From: an uncultured Chloroflexia bacterium
Lineage (GTDB): Bacteria; Chloroflexota; Limnocylindria; Limnocylindrales; CSP1-4
Direction: 5' to 3'
NCBI GenBank assembly: GCA_963749705.1
Contig: CAVVNQ010000002.1
Span: 237,176-301,175, forward strand
Length of the DNA: 64,000 nt
Shown here in pieces: positions 17,518 through 28,039 of the stretch (the stretch's first letter is position 1; each line of letters opens with the position of its first letter). Made by a program: the position numbers and the translations under genes. The notes under the pieces were generated by a model. It made no database searches. It was not told the origin of the DNA and worked only from the letters and a program-made list of their open reading frames with translations.

Positions 17518-19935
17518 ATGGACACCCGCTCGACCGCCCTGCTCGAGTTCCCGGCCGTCCGGATGCGGCTGGCCGACCACACCTCGTTCCCGCCGTCGCG
17601 ACGCCTCGCCGAGGCGCTCGAGCCGTCGGCCGATGTCGTGATCGTCACCCGTGGCCTGGACGAGACCGACCAGGCTCGCCAGCTGCTGCAGGATCGGCCG
17701 GGCGTCGGCATCGGGGCCGCCCACGACATCGAGCCGTGGATCGGCCGGGCGGCGCGCAGCGGGCGCCTCGAGCCCCAGCACTTCCTCGAGATCGGCGAGA
17801 CGCTCGATGCGGCGGCGCGGCTGGCCACGGCCCTTGCCGATGAGCGCCGTCCGCTGCTGCGGGAGCTCGGTCACCGGTTGCATCCGCTGCCCGCGGTCCG
17901 CAGCACGCTGGCCCGCAGCTTCGATCCGGTGGGTGAGCTGCTGGACACGGCGTCTCCGCGCCTGGGGGGTCTGCGGGCCGCGGTGCGGGTCGCGTACGAC
18001 CGACTGCGGCGGCGGCTGGACAGCCTGGTCGGGTCGGAGCTCGGCAGCGCGCTCCAGGAGCCGATCGTCACCCTGCGCAACGGTCGCTACGTGGTGCCCA
18101 TCCGGGCCGAGGCGAGGAGCAGGGTCAAGGGCATCGTGCACGACGCATCGGGCAGTGGACAGACGCTGTTCGTGGAGCCGCTCGTGGTCGTGGAGCTGGG
18201 CAACGCCTGGCGCGAGGCCCAGTCCGCCGTCGAGGAGGAGGAGGGCCGGATCCTCGATGAGCTGTCGGCACTGGTCGGCGCGAACGCAACGCTGCTCCGC
18301 GAGACGCTCGAGGCGCTCGCGCAGTTCGACTTCTGGGCGGCCAAGGCGCAGCTGTCGGCCGAGCTCGACGGCGTCCGGCCCGCCCTCGCGGAGCGGACCG
18401 AGGTCGAGCTCCTGTCGGCCCGTCACCCGGGGTTGACCGGTCGCGTCGTCCCCATCGACCTGCGCCTGGGCGACGGCTATACCGCGCTCGTGATCACCGG
18501 GCCCAACACCGGCGGCAAGACCGTGGCCCTGCGTACGCTGGGGCTCCTGTCGCTGATGCACCAGGCCGGGCTCCACGTCCCGGCGGCAGCCGGGTCGAAG
18601 CTGCCGGTGTTCCGCGACGTGTTCGCGGACATCGGCGACGAGCAGTCGATCGCGCAGTCGCTGTCCACGTTCTCGGGGCACCTGCGGTCGATCATCCGAA
18701 TCGTCGAGCATGCGGGCCCGGAGACGCTGGTGCTGCTCGACGAGCTCGGCGCCGGCACGGACCCGACCGAGGGCTCGGCGCTGGCCCAGGCGCTGCTCGA
18801 CCACTTCATCCGCTCCGGCGCCCTGATCGCCGCAACGACCCACTACGCGGAGATCAAGGTCTACGCCCACGAGACCCCGACCGCGCGCAACGCGTCGGTG
18901 GAGTTCGACCTCACGACCCTGTCGCCGACCTATCGCCTGACGATCGGCCTGCCCGGCGGCAGCCAGGCATTCGCGATCGCGGAGCACCTGGGGCTGCCGG
19001 AGGCGATCGTCGCCAACGCGCGCAGCCGGTTGACCGAGAACGAGCGCGCGTTCGAGGCAACGCTTGCCTCGATCCGGCGCCAGGAGGGCGAGATCGCCGA
19101 TGCCGTGGAACGTGCCCGGGCCGCGGACGCTCGGGCGGCCGCGGCGCTTCGGGCGGCCGAGGACGAGCGGCGCCGGGCGCGCCGCGAGCGGGAGGAAGCG
19201 GTTGCCGCCGCACGGGCGGAAGCCGAGCGACTGGTGGCGAGCCTGCGTGACGACGTCGCCGGTGTGCGTCGTCGGCTGGAGCGGGAGACGGTCACCGCGC
19301 CGGCGATCGACGCCGCGCTGGCTCGCGCGGAGAGCGTCCTCGGCCACCTGCCGGAGCCGCTCCCGGCCGTCGAGCCGGCGCAGCCCGCGACGCCCAGGAC
19401 GTGGCAGCTGGGCGATCGCGCCCGCAGCCGCAACGGCGGCTGGGAGGGCCGGATCGCGGCCCTCGAGAAGGGCGGCACGCGCGCGACCCTCGAGGCCGGC
19501 GGGATGCGCGTCTCGGTTCCGGTGAGCGACCTCGAGCCACCCCTCGCCGGTGTCTCGCACGACGCCAACGCCGGCGACCCTTTGAGCACCGGCGGTGCCG
19601 GCCGCGAACCGGGCTCAGGACGCCGGTCGACGTCGCACGGGCCAGATGCGTCGGGTTCCGGGACATCCGCGTTGCGGCTGAGCCGGGCGCGAGCCGTCGC
19701 ATCCTCGCTGGACATCCGGGGCGCTCGCGTCGACGAGGCGCTGGAGGCGCTGTCGCGCTATCTCGACGACGCGTCGCTGGCGGGTCTCGAGCAGGTGACG
19801 GTGATCCACGGGCTGGGCACCGGTGCCCTGCGCGATGCCGTCCGGGCCGAGGCCGGGTCGCATCCGCTGGTCAGGTCGTTCCGGGCCGGCGAGCGGGGCG
19901 AAGGCGGTGACGGCGCCACGATCGTCAAGCTCTGA
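17518..19935 (+). CDS. mutS2: Endonuclease MutS2 (with C-terminal Smr domain)
   Basis: LLEFPAV, HDASGSGQTLFVEP, TGPNTGGKT, DELGAGTDP, IHGLGTGALR...GGDGATIV. Confidence 0.96.
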   Translation: MDTRSTALLEFPAVRMRLADHTSFPPSRRLAEALEPSADVVIVTRGLDETDQARQLLQDRPGVGIGAAHDIEPWIGRAARSGRLEPQHFLEIGETLDAAARLATALADERRPLLRELGHRLHPLPAVRSTLARSFDPVGELLDTASPRLGGLRAAVRVAYDRLRRRLDSLVGSELGSALQEPIVTLRNGRYVVPIRAEARSRVKGIVHDASGSGQTLFVEPLVVVELGNAWREAQSAVEEEEGRILDELSALVGANATLLRETLEALAQFDFWAAKAQLSAELDGVRPALAERTEVELLSARHPGLTGRVVPIDLRLGDGYTALVITGPNTGGKTVALRTLGLLSLMHQAGLHVPAAAGSKLPVFRDVFADIGDEQSIAQSLSTFSGHLRSIIRIVEHAGPETLVLLDELGAGTDPTEGSALAQALLDHFIRSGALIAATTHYAEIKVYAHETPTARNASVEFDLTTLSPTYRLTIGLPGGSQAFAIAEHLGLPEAIVANARSRLTENERAFEATLASIRRQEGEIADAVERARAADARAAAALRAAEDERRRARREREEAVAAARAEAERLVASLRDDVAGVRRRLERETVTAPAIDAALARAESVLGHLPEPLPAVEPAQPATPRTWQLGDRARSRNGGWEGRIAALEKGGTRATLEAGGMRVSVPVSDLEPPLAGVSHDANAGDPLSTGGAGREPGSGRRSTSHGPDASGSGTSALRLSRARAVASSLDIRGARVDEALEALSRYLDDASLAGLEQVTVIHGLGTGALRDAVRAEAGSHPLVRSFRAGERGEGGDGATIVKL

Positions 19936-19958
19936 GGTCGCGGCGACCCGGGCTGCGC

Positions 19959-22685
19959 CTAGGGCCTGGGCGGCGGCGTCGCCTTGGGGCCGCCCGGCCC
20001 GTGGGATGCGGTCGGCGCCGGCGTCGGTTCGGTCGACGGGCACGGCTGGAACGGGTTGAGCGAGAAGCAGATGGTGGGTGACGGCGGCACGACCGTACAG
20101 GTCTCGGTCGGCGGGAAGCTGCCGCCCCAGGTGTGCCCGAAGGGGTAGAAACCGCTGCCGTAGAAGTACTGCGTCGATGTGTGCTTCGGGCCGCCGGCGA
20201 CCCCCACCCCTCTCGCCGCCCGTTTCTGCCACGCGATGTCGGCCTTCTGCCATACGGAGAATGCCGGCTCGGCCCGGCTGAAGTCGAGATAGCTCTTGGT
20301 GACCATCGGTCCAGCGCACCCGTCCTGCCACAGCAGGCCGGAGGCCGAATCGATATCGACCGACACCGAAACGTCCGCGGACCGAGTCGGCACGGTCCCG
20401 GGCAGGAACAGCTCCTTGACGGTCTTGGTCGTGGTCGGGCCCGGCAGCATGCCGGTGAAGGCGTCGACCGTGGCCGTCTCGAGCGTCTTGGGCTTGATCC
20501 GGCTGAACCCTTCGATCGGCATGCCCTTCGAGATCTCGGACATGATCGCGGACCACAGGGGCGCCGAGGTGTCGAGCGAGGTGTTGCCCATGACCGAGTT
20601 GTCCGAGTTGCCCATCCAGACGCCGGTCGCAAGCGCGGGCAGCGACGTGTCCGAAGGCGGCGGGAGGAATCCGTAGGCCAGCACGTCGCGGTTGTCCTGG
20701 GTCGTGCCCGTCTTGTACGCCGCGGGCCGCAGCTTGCCGCCGATGCCATCGCCCACGGCCCATTTGGCCCAGAACGGGTTGACGCTCTTGATCGTGTTGC
20801 CCGCGAGGATGTCGGTGATCACGAACGAGGTCTCGGTCGAGATCACCCGCTTGCCGGTGGGCTTTGCGTCAGTGGCCGGCCAGATCTGCCTGCCGTCGGA
20901 ATCGATGACCTTGAGGATCGTCCGGTGCGGGACGAGGACACCGCCGTTCGCGATGGCTCCATAGGCCGAGAGCTCGTCGATCGGATGCACCTCGAGCGTC
21001 CCGATGCTCTCGGATGCCACCGGCACCGCGCCGGGCGGGAAGGTGAGCCCGAAGTCCTGCATCCGCCGGAACTCGTGGTCGAGGCCGTTGATGAACCCGG
21101 CCTTCACGGCAGGCACGTTGAGCGAGAACTGGAGCGCGTTCCGCAGCCGAACCGGACCACGCTCGCGGCCATCCGCCTGCGTGGGGGTATAGGCCTTGGC
21201 TCCGCTGGGCGCGAAGTTGGTGACAACATCCATGAACATCGTGGCGGCGGTCATGGTCCGGTCCTCGATCCCGATCGAGTACACGACGGGCTTGATCGAG
21301 GAGCCGGGCTGCCGCCAGCCATCCGCGAGGACGTCGTACTGCGGCTGGAACTGCCGGTAGCCCTTGGCGGTGTAGGACGCCGACCCCGCATACGCCAGGA
21401 TGTCGCCCGTCCGATAGTCGATCACGCTGGCGGCCGCGTTGTTGACCTTCTGGCCGCGCAGCTTGTCGATCCAGGACCATTGGCTCTTCGGGATCTTGAG
21501 CGCCGTCAGCGTCTTGCTGACCGTCTGCGACTTGTTCTGCTTGGTGATGTTGGGGGCGATGGCCGCGGCGTAGACCCACTTCTCGACGGTCTTCTGCATG
21601 GTGTAGTTGAGCGTGCTGATGACGGTGTAGCCGCCGGTGTCGATCGGCTCGCACTGCGTCGACCCGCACAGGATCTGGCCCAGCTCGTCGCGCACCTGCC
21701 ACACGAACTGCGGCGCGCGCCACTGCTCGGCCGCCTGCGAGGCGAGGATCACCGGCTCCGCCTTGGCCGCCTCGTAGTCGGCGTCGGTGTACTCGCCCTT
21801 GGTCAGGACGCTTCGGGTCTTCATCAGGTCGAGGATGAAGTTGCGGCGCTGGACGATCTCCGTGTTCGGCGGCACGACCAGGCGCGTCTGCTCGTTGCCG
21901 TTGTCGTCGGTGTATGTCTCCTCGACGGCGTTCTTGACGAGGTCGAACTTGGTGGGGGACTGGGGGATGCCCGCCAGGAGCGCCATCTGCGCGAGCGTCA
22001 GGTCCTTGAGGTCCTTGTGCCAGTAGCTCTGAGCCGCGGCCTGGACGCCATAGCTCCGATTGCCATAGAAGTTCTGGTTGAGGTACTTCTCCATGATCAG
22101 CTCTTTGCCGGCCTGGCCCGGATAGGCCTCGGTCAGCCTGATCGACTGGATGATCTCCTTGGCCTTGCGCTCGTAGATGCTGCCCTGGAAGGCGCTCGCG
22201 GGAAGGAGCCGTGTGCGGACGAGCTGCTGGGTGATCGTGGAGCCGCCGCGGTCCCGGCCGTTGACGGTGTCGATGGCGGCGGACAGGAAGCCCAGCGGGT
22301 CGAAGCCCGCGTTGTCCCAGAACGTCTTGTCCTCGACGGACGTCGTCGCATCGACCAGCGTCGGCGGGATCTGATCGAACGTGACCACGACGCGGCGATC
22401 GTCGCCCAGCCGCGCGAGGACGGTCGTGCCGTCCCGGTCGTAGACGGTGGTCTGCTGGGTGAACGTGATCGCGTCGAGCGTCGATTTGGGATCCTGGAGG
22501 TCGCGCGCGAGGTAGGAGTACCCGGCGACCGCGCCGGCCGAGCCGACGAGGCCCAGCAGCATCAGGGTGCCAAACAGGAACACGGGAAGCGCGGCGGCCG
22601 CAGTGCGAGCGGCTCCGCTGCCGCGGGAACGGCGCTTGCTGCCTAACCGGCGTTGGCGCTGCCTCCGCGCGAGGCTGGTTTGCAT
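19959..22685 (-). CDS. Class A penicillin-binding protein (transglycosylase-transpeptidase)
   Basis: TM helix; GT51 motifs EDKTF, GGSTITQQL, YLNQNFYG; TP motifs SSIK, SLN, KTGT. Confidence 0.95.
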   Translation of the reverse strand: MQTSLARRQRQRRLGSKRRSRGSGAARTAAAALPVFLFGTLMLLGLVGSAGAVAGYSYLARDLQDPKSTLDAITFTQQTTVYDRDGTTVLARLGDDRRVVVTFDQIPPTLVDATTSVEDKTFWDNAGFDPLGFLSAAIDTVNGRDRGGSTITQQLVRTRLLPASAFQGSIYERKAKEIIQSIRLTEAYPGQAGKELIMEKYLNQNFYGNRSYGVQAAAQSYWHKDLKDLTLAQMALLAGIPQSPTKFDLVKNAVEETYTDDNGNEQTRLVVPPNTEIVQRRNFILDLMKTRSVLTKGEYTDADYEAAKAEPVILASQAAEQWRAPQFVWQVRDELGQILCGSTQCEPIDTGGYTVISTLNYTMQKTVEKWVYAAAIAPNITKQNKSQTVSKTLTALKIPKSQWSWIDKLRGQKVNNAAASVIDYRTGDILAYAGSASYTAKGYRQFQPQYDVLADGWRQPGSSIKPVVYSIGIEDRTMTAATMFMDVVTNFAPSGAKAYTPTQADGRERGPVRLRNALQFSLNVPAVKAGFINGLDHEFRRMQDFGLTFPPGAVPVASESIGTLEVHPIDELSAYGAIANGGVLVPHRTILKVIDSDGRQIWPATDAKPTGKRVISTETSFVITDILAGNTIKSVNPFWAKWAVGDGIGGKLRPAAYKTGTTQDNRDVLAYGFLPPPSDTSLPALATGVWMGNSDNSVMGNTSLDTSAPLWSAIMSEISKGMPIEGFSRIKPKTLETATVDAFTGMLPGPTTTKTVKELFLPGTVPTRSADVSVSVDIDSASGLLWQDGCAGPMVTKSYLDFSRAEPAFSVWQKADIAWQKRAARGVGVAGGPKHTSTQYFYGSGFYPFGHTWGGSFPPTETCTVVPPSPTICFSLNPFQPCPSTEPTPAPTASHGPGGPKATPPPRP

Positions 22686-22780
22686 TGCGGGCGGAACGAT
22701 ACCATGCGGGGAATGGAAGCCCGAACCCCCCATCCGGGCCGGAGCGTGGACGTCTCCGGGTCCTCGCCTGTGACGGTCCG

Positions 22781-24091
22781 ATGAGCGAGCAGCCTCCGCA
22801 CGACCCGCCTCGCGGGCTGCCGGGCCTGCTGCCAGAGCTCGAGTGGCGCGGGATCCTTCACGCCACCACGCCCGGTGTGGCGGCGCGCCTCGCCACGGGC
22901 CGGCCGATCGCCGCGTACAACGGGTTCGACCCGTCGGCGGACTCGCTCCACGTCGGCCACCTGATCCCGATCCTCGGCCTCGTGCGCCTCCAGCAGCGTG
23001 GCGGACGACCGGTGGCCCTGGTCGGCGGCGGCACCGGGATGATCGGAGATCCGTCTGGCCGCTCCAGCGAGCGCAACCTCCTCGACCTGCCGACCCTCGA
23101 GCACAACGTGGCCGCGATGCGGCGCCAGCTCGAGCAGTTCCTGGACTTCACGCCCGGGCCTGCCCAGGCATCGATGGTCAACAACCTCGAATGGCTGGGC
23201 CGCCTGTCGCTGATCGACTACCTGCGCGACGTGGGCAAGCACTTCACGATCCCGTACATGCTGGCCAAGGACTCCGTGCAGCAGCGCCTCGACCGTGGCC
23301 TCTCGTTCACGGAGTTCAGCTACATGACGCTCCAGGCCTTCGACTTCGCGACCCTGTACCGGGAGCACGGCGTCGAGATGCAGATGGGCGGGGCCGACCA
23401 GTGGGGGAACATCACGGCCGGTCTTGAGCTGATCCGCAGGACGAGCGGCGACACCGCCGATGAGAGCCCGGCCCACGGGATCGCGTACAAGCTGCTGCTG
23501 TCGCCGTCGGGCGCCAAGTTCGGCAAGAGCGTGGGCGGCGACTCGGTGTGGCTGGACCCGGCTCGCACCAGCCCCTACGCCTTCTACCAGTACTGGGTCC
23601 AGCTCGACGACCGCGACGCATCGGTGTACATGCGCTGGTTCACGACCTGGGAGCGCGAGGAGATCGAGGCGCTGGATGCGGAGATCGAGGCGCATCCGGA
23701 GCGACGCGAGGCGCAGCGGCGGCTCGCGTTCGACGTCACCGCGCGCGTGCACGGCGAGGATGCGGCGCGGGATGCGGAGCGGCAGAGCCAGAGCGCGTTC
23801 AGCCGCGACCTGTCCGTGCTGTCGTTCGACGATCTGGTCGCCATGCGGGCGCAGGTGCCGGCGTTTGCGCTCGGCCGCGAGGAGCTCGCCAACGCGATGG
23901 CGGCGTCGATCGGCTCGAACACCTATGCGTCCAAGGGCGAGGCGCGGCGTGCGATGGCCGGGGGCGGGTTCTACGTGAACAACGTGCGCATCACCGACCC
24001 CGATGCCCCGCTGCCCGAGCCGCTCCACGGCCGGTTCTGGGTCGTGCGCGCCGGCAAGAAGAACGTCCGGCTGGTCGAGCCCCGGGAGTAG
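22781..24091 (+). CDS. tyrS: Tyrosine--tRNA ligase
   Basis: GFDPSADSLHVGH, GGADQWGNI, KFGKS, and an S4 domain ending RAGKK. Confidence 0.97.
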   Translation: MSEQPPHDPPRGLPGLLPELEWRGILHATTPGVAARLATGRPIAAYNGFDPSADSLHVGHLIPILGLVRLQQRGGRPVALVGGGTGMIGDPSGRSSERNLLDLPTLEHNVAAMRRQLEQFLDFTPGPAQASMVNNLEWLGRLSLIDYLRDVGKHFTIPYMLAKDSVQQRLDRGLSFTEFSYMTLQAFDFATLYREHGVEMQMGGADQWGNITAGLELIRRTSGDTADESPAHGIAYKLLLSPSGAKFGKSVGGDSVWLDPARTSPYAFYQYWVQLDDRDASVYMRWFTTWEREEIEALDAEIEAHPERREAQRRLAFDVTARVHGEDAARDAERQSQSAFSRDLSVLSFDDLVAMRAQVPAFALGREELANAMAASIGSNTYASKGEARRAMAGGGFYVNNVRITDPDAPLPEPLHGRFWVVRAGKKNVRLVEPRE

Positions 24092-24096
24092 CCGCC

Positions 24097-24793
24097 TCAG
24101 CCGGCGTGGCGCGCTCGAAGCGCGTCGACCACGGCCCGCGGCTCCAGCCCGCGCTCCGCCAGCAGCACCAGCGCGTGATAGACGAGATCGGCGGCCTCGC
24201 CCGCGAGCAGCGCGTGGGTCTCGTCACGCGCCGAGCCCGAGCGCTGTGCCGCCTCGTCGTTCTTGGCCGCGAGCAGCACCTCGGTCGCCTCCTCGGCGAC
24301 CTTGCGGCCCGCGACGTCGACCCCGCCGGCGAGCAGCCGGGCGGTGTAGGAGCCCTGCGGACGGTCCGCCGCGCGGGCCGCGATCGTCGCCCACAGCGCC
24401 TCCAGCCACGCGAACCCCTGCTCGTCCGCGAGCGCCGGCCGTGCCCGGCCCATCGGCGTCGAAGCAGCTGCGCGCACCGCGGTGGCAGGTGGGTCCATCC
24501 GGCGCCACGCCGATCAGCAGCGCATCGCCATCACAGTCGACCGCGAGCGACCGCAGGTGGAGCACGTTGCCCGACGTCTCCCCCTTGCGCCACAGCCGGC
24601 CGCGCGAGCGTGAGTGGAAATGCACCTCACCCGTCGCCAGCGTCGCGGCCAGCGCCTCCGCGTCGAGCCAGCCCACCATCAGCACGCGCCCGTCGGCGAC
24701 ATCCTGGACGACACCGGCAACCAGCCCGGCATCGTCCCAGGTGAGGCCGGCTGGATCGAGCGCGGCCGCGATGGCCACGGGCCCGGCCGGCAC
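24097..24793 (-). CDS. hisIE: Bifunctional phosphoribosyl-AMP cyclohydrolase/phosphoribosyl-ATP diphosphatase; frameshift near 24450
   Basis: HisI part SRSRGRLWRKGETSGN, DCDGD, PTCHRGARSCF. HisE part GSYTARL, KVAEEATE, EAADLVYH lies in the adjacent frame. Confidence 0.9.
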
Positions 24794-24802
24794 AGCGGTC
24801 GC

Positions 24803-25609
24803 TCATGCGATGACCCCCGCCGCCGGCGCAAGCCGGACGGGCAGGCCGGCGGCCGCCATCGCGGCCTTGACCTGGGCGATCGAGAACATCCGACGATGGA
24901 AGATCGATGCGGCGAGGACCGCGTCCGCCCCGCCGTCGCGGACAGCGGCGACGAAGTCGTCGGGGCCGGCGGCGCCGCCCGACGCGATGACCGGCACCCG
25001 GACCGACCCCGTGATCGCCCGCAGCAGCTCCGTGTCGTAGCCCGACCGCGTCCCGTCCCGATCGATGGACGTGACCAGCAGCTCGCCCGCGCCGAGCTCC
25101 ACCGCACGCCCCGCCCAGGCCACGGCGTCCAGGCCAACCGCCTCGCGTCCGCCCCTGACGACGACCTCGAAGCCCGACGGGCAGCGGGGATCCGGGCTGG
25201 CCGGATCGACGCGCCGGGCGTCGATCGCGACGACCACGGCCTGGCTGCCGAACCTCGCCGCACACCGCGTCACGAGCTCGGGCTCCGAGACCGCGCGCGT
25301 GTTGAGGCTGACCTTGTCCGCGCCGGCTCGCAGGACGTCGCGCATGTCGTCGACGGTCCGCACGCCGCCCCCCACGGTGAGGGGCACGAACGCCCGCCGG
25401 GCGGTCCGCTCCACGATGTCGAGAAGCGTCCCGCGACCCTCGGGCGCCGCGGTGATGTCGAGGAACACCAGCTCATCGGCGCCCTCGTGCGCGTAGCGCT
25501 CGGCGAGCTCGGGCGGGTCGCCCTCGTCGACGAGATCGACGAACCGGGTGCCCTTGACCACCCGGCCGTTCGCGACATCGAGGCACGGGATCACGCGCCG
25601 GCGGAGCAT
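24803..25609 (-). CDS. hisF: Imidazole glycerol phosphate synthase subunit HisF
   Basis: [45 protein letters not shown]. Confidence 0.97.
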   Translation of the reverse strand: MLRRRVIPCLDVANGRVVKGTRFVDLVDEGDPPELAERYAHEGADELVFLDITAAPEGRGTLLDIVERTARRAFVPLTVGGGVRTVDDMRDVLRAGADKVSLNTRAVSEPELVTRCAARFGSQAVVVAIDARRVDPASPDPRCPSGFEVVVRGGREAVGLDAVAWAGRAVELGAGELLVTSIDRDGTRSGYDTELLRAITGSVRVPVIASGGAAGPDDFVAAVRDGGADAVLAASIFHRRMFSIAQVKAAMAAAGLPVRLAPAAGVIA

Positions 25610-26274
25610 CAGGCGGCGCTCCGGCGGTCGTCGCCCACGGGCGACCCGGCCACCATGCCGACCACGTTGGCCAGCAGGCGAAGCCCGTCCGTGCCCGAGC
25701 GCTCGGGGTGGAACTGGACGCCGAGCATCCGACCGCGAGCCACCGCGGACACGAACGGGCGGCCGTGCTCGGTCGTGGCCAGGACCTCGTCCCCGTCGAG
25801 GCCGGAATCGGGAAGCCCGACATACGAATGCACGAAGTAGAAGTCGGCGTCGTCGGCGATCCCTGCGAATGCCGGGTGCGAGCGGCGACGGTGCACCTGG
25901 TTCCAGCCGATGTGCGGCAGGGTCGGCGCATCCTCGAGGCGCACCGTGCGACCCGGGAGCAGCGCCAGGGTGGGCGCCCCGTCCTCGTCGCTGCGGTCGA
26001 ACAGGAGCTGGAGGCCGAGGCAGATCCCGAGGAACGGGCGATCGGCCCGGATCCAGTCGCGGATCGGGTCGACGAACCCGCCGGCGCGGAGGCGGTCCAT
26101 CGCAGGGGCGGCCGCCCCAACGCCGGGCACGACGAGCAGGTCCGCGCCCTCGATCGCCGCACCCGTCGCGGCCAGACGGACCCGCGCCCCCGTGGCGCCG
26201 AGCGCCTGATCGATCGACACGAGGTTTCCCGCGCCGTAGTCGACCACCGCGACCAGCGGGCCGTCGGGCGTCAT
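25609..26274 (-). CDS. hisH: Imidazole glycerol phosphate synthase subunit HisH
   Basis: VDYGAGN, PGVG, GICLGLQ, PHIGWN, YFVHSY, QFHPERS. Confidence 0.97.
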   Translation of the reverse strand: MTPDGPLVAVVDYGAGNLVSIDQALGATGARVRLAATGAAIEGADLLVVPGVGAAAPAMDRLRAGGFVDPIRDWIRADRPFLGICLGLQLLFDRSDEDGAPTLALLPGRTVRLEDAPTLPHIGWNQVHRRRSHPAFAGIADDADFYFVHSYVGLPDSGLDGDEVLATTEHGRPFVSAVARGRMLGVQFHPERSGTDGLRLLANVVGMVAGSPVGDDRRSAA

Positions 26275-26897
26275 CCGAGCGAGCCCTTGGTCGATGCCAC
26301 GCCGGCGCGCCTCGGATCGGGCTCGCACGCGTCGCGCAGCGCACGACCCAGTGCCTTGAACGCTGCCTCGGCAAGGTGGTGATCGTTTCGCCCGCGGCCG
26401 CCGAGGTGCAGGGTCGCCCCGGCGGTTCGGGCAAATGCCTCGAGCGCATGGTCGACCAGCTGGAGCGGCAGCGCCCCGGCGCGCTCGCCGCGGAACGGCA
26501 GGTCGATCACGGCGTACGGGCGCCCGCCGACGTCCACGACCGCGGTGGCGATCGACTCGTCCATGGGGACCGCGCTGTCGCCGAAGCGCCGGATCCCGGC
26601 GCGATCACCCAGGGCCGCGGCGAACGCGGAGCCGAGGACGAGGGCCACGTCCTCGACGGTGTGGTGCTCGTCGACCTCGAGGTCACCGCTCGCCCGGATC
26701 TCGAGGTCGAACAGCCCGTGGTGGGCGAGCGACGACAGCAGGTGATCGAAGAAGCCGACCCCGGTGGCGACGTCGGCGCGCCCGGTCCCGTCGAGGTCGA
26801 GCGCGACCTCGACCTCGGTCTCGCGGGTCTGCCGCCGAACCCGGACCCGACGGCCCTGCTGCTCGACGATGTCCAGGGCACCCAGCGGCGTCGTCAT
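26271..26897 (-). CDS. hisB: Imidazoleglycerol-phosphate dehydratase
   Basis: [43 protein letters not shown]. Confidence 0.97.
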   Translation of the reverse strand: MTTPLGALDIVEQQGRRVRVRRQTRETEVEVALDLDGTGRADVATGVGFFDHLLSSLAHHGLFDLEIRASGDLEVDEHHTVEDVALVLGSAFAAALGDRAGIRRFGDSAVPMDESIATAVVDVGGRPYAVIDLPFRGERAGALPLQLVDHALEAFARTAGATLHLGGRGRNDHHLAEAAFKALGRALRDACEPDPRRAGVASTKGSLG

Positions 26898-28039
26898 GCG
26901 GCAACCTCCTGTGCGATCGCTCGCGTGGCATCGATGAGGCGATCGTTCTCGTCCGCGGCTCGCACCGTGACCCGCAGGCAGCGGGCCAGCGGATGATCGG
27001 CGCCAAAGGTCCGCGGCACGAGGCCGCGCCGCAGCAGCCGGTCGGCAACGAACGCGGCCCGCTCCGGCGTCTCGAGGTCGACCAGCAGGAAGTTCGTGAC
27101 CGACGGATAGGGCGGCCACCCGATCGCGGTCAGCGCGTCCGCGAGCCGCGCCCGCTCGCGCTCGACGCGAGCGACGTTCTCCCGCATCTCCTCGGCGTCG
27201 AGCAGGGCGCGGGTCACGACGGTCTCGGAGATGGTGCCGATCGATCCCGGCGGCCGGAACAGCGCGACCCGGGCCAGCGTCGCGGGCGCGGCGACGGCGA
27301 AGCCGACCCGCAGCCCGGCCAGCGCGTAGGCCTTGGACGCGGTGCGCACGACGACCAGGTTGCGGAACCGTGACCGAAGCGGGATCAGCGTCTCGCCCGC
27401 GAACTCCGCATACGCCTCGTCGACGACCACGGCCGCCGGGTCACGTCCGGCTGCCGTCGCGTCGGCGGCGATGCCGTCGATCAGCCGCTCGATGACCCCA
27501 GGGGCCTCGAGGCGGCCGGTCGGGTTGTTGGGGTTGCACAGCCAGACCATCGCCGCGTCGGCTGCGGCCGCGCGGACCGCCGCCTCGTCGAGCCCGAACG
27601 CGTGGTCGGGTCCCAGGCGTGGCACCGGCACCGCCACGCCGCCGCGCTGCTCGGTGACCACGCGGTACATCGCATAGCTCGGAACCGGGATCACCGCCGA
27701 CGCGCCCGCGGGCAGGAACGCCTTGACGCACATGTCCAGGATCTCGTCCGCTCCGGCACCCGGGACGACCTCATCGGTCCCCACGCCGTAGCGTGTGGCC
27801 GCGGCCTCCACCAGCCGGCGGTAGTCGCCCGGCGGGTACTCGCTGAGACTCGTCTCGAACCGGCCGCCCGCGAGCAGTTCGGCAAGCAGGCGCGGCGGCG
27901 TGGGCGAGGTGTTGAGGTCGAACCGGACCACCTGCTCGATGGGCAGCCCGTACCGCGACGCGACACCCTCGTCGGTGGCTTCCCAGCTGTAGGAGGCGGG
28001 CTCCACGGGCGACGAGAAGCTGACCGGGGTCGGGCTCAT
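26894..28039 (-). CDS. hisC: Histidinol-phosphate aminotransferase
   Basis: RFDLNTSP, GADE, LCNPNNPTG, DEAYAEF, RTASKAYALAGLRVG. Confidence 0.95.
   Translation of the reverse strand: MSPTPVSFSSPVEPASYSWEATDEGVASRYGLPIEQVVRFDLNTSPTPPRLLAELLAGGRFETSLSEYPPGDYRRLVEAAATRYGVGTDEVVPGAGADEILDMCVKAFLPAGASAVIPVPSYAMYRVVTEQRGGVAVPVPRLGPDHAFGLDEAAVRAAAADAAMVWLCNPNNPTGRLEAPGVIERLIDGIAADATAAGRDPAAVVVDEAYAEFAGETLIPLRSRFRNLVVVRTASKAYALAGLRVGFAVAAPATLARVALFRPPGSIGTISETVVTRALLDAEEMRENVARVERERARLADALTAIGWPPYPSVTNFLLVDLETPERAAFVADRLLRRGLVPRTFGADHPLARCLRVTVRAADENDRLIDATRAIAQEVAA

Noticed and set aside
16486-19935. Apparent 1149-aa MutS2 with a long N-terminal extension
   Set aside because: It is an artefact of the mpg frameshift and an open high-GC frame. 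MutS2 similarity starts at ATG 17518.
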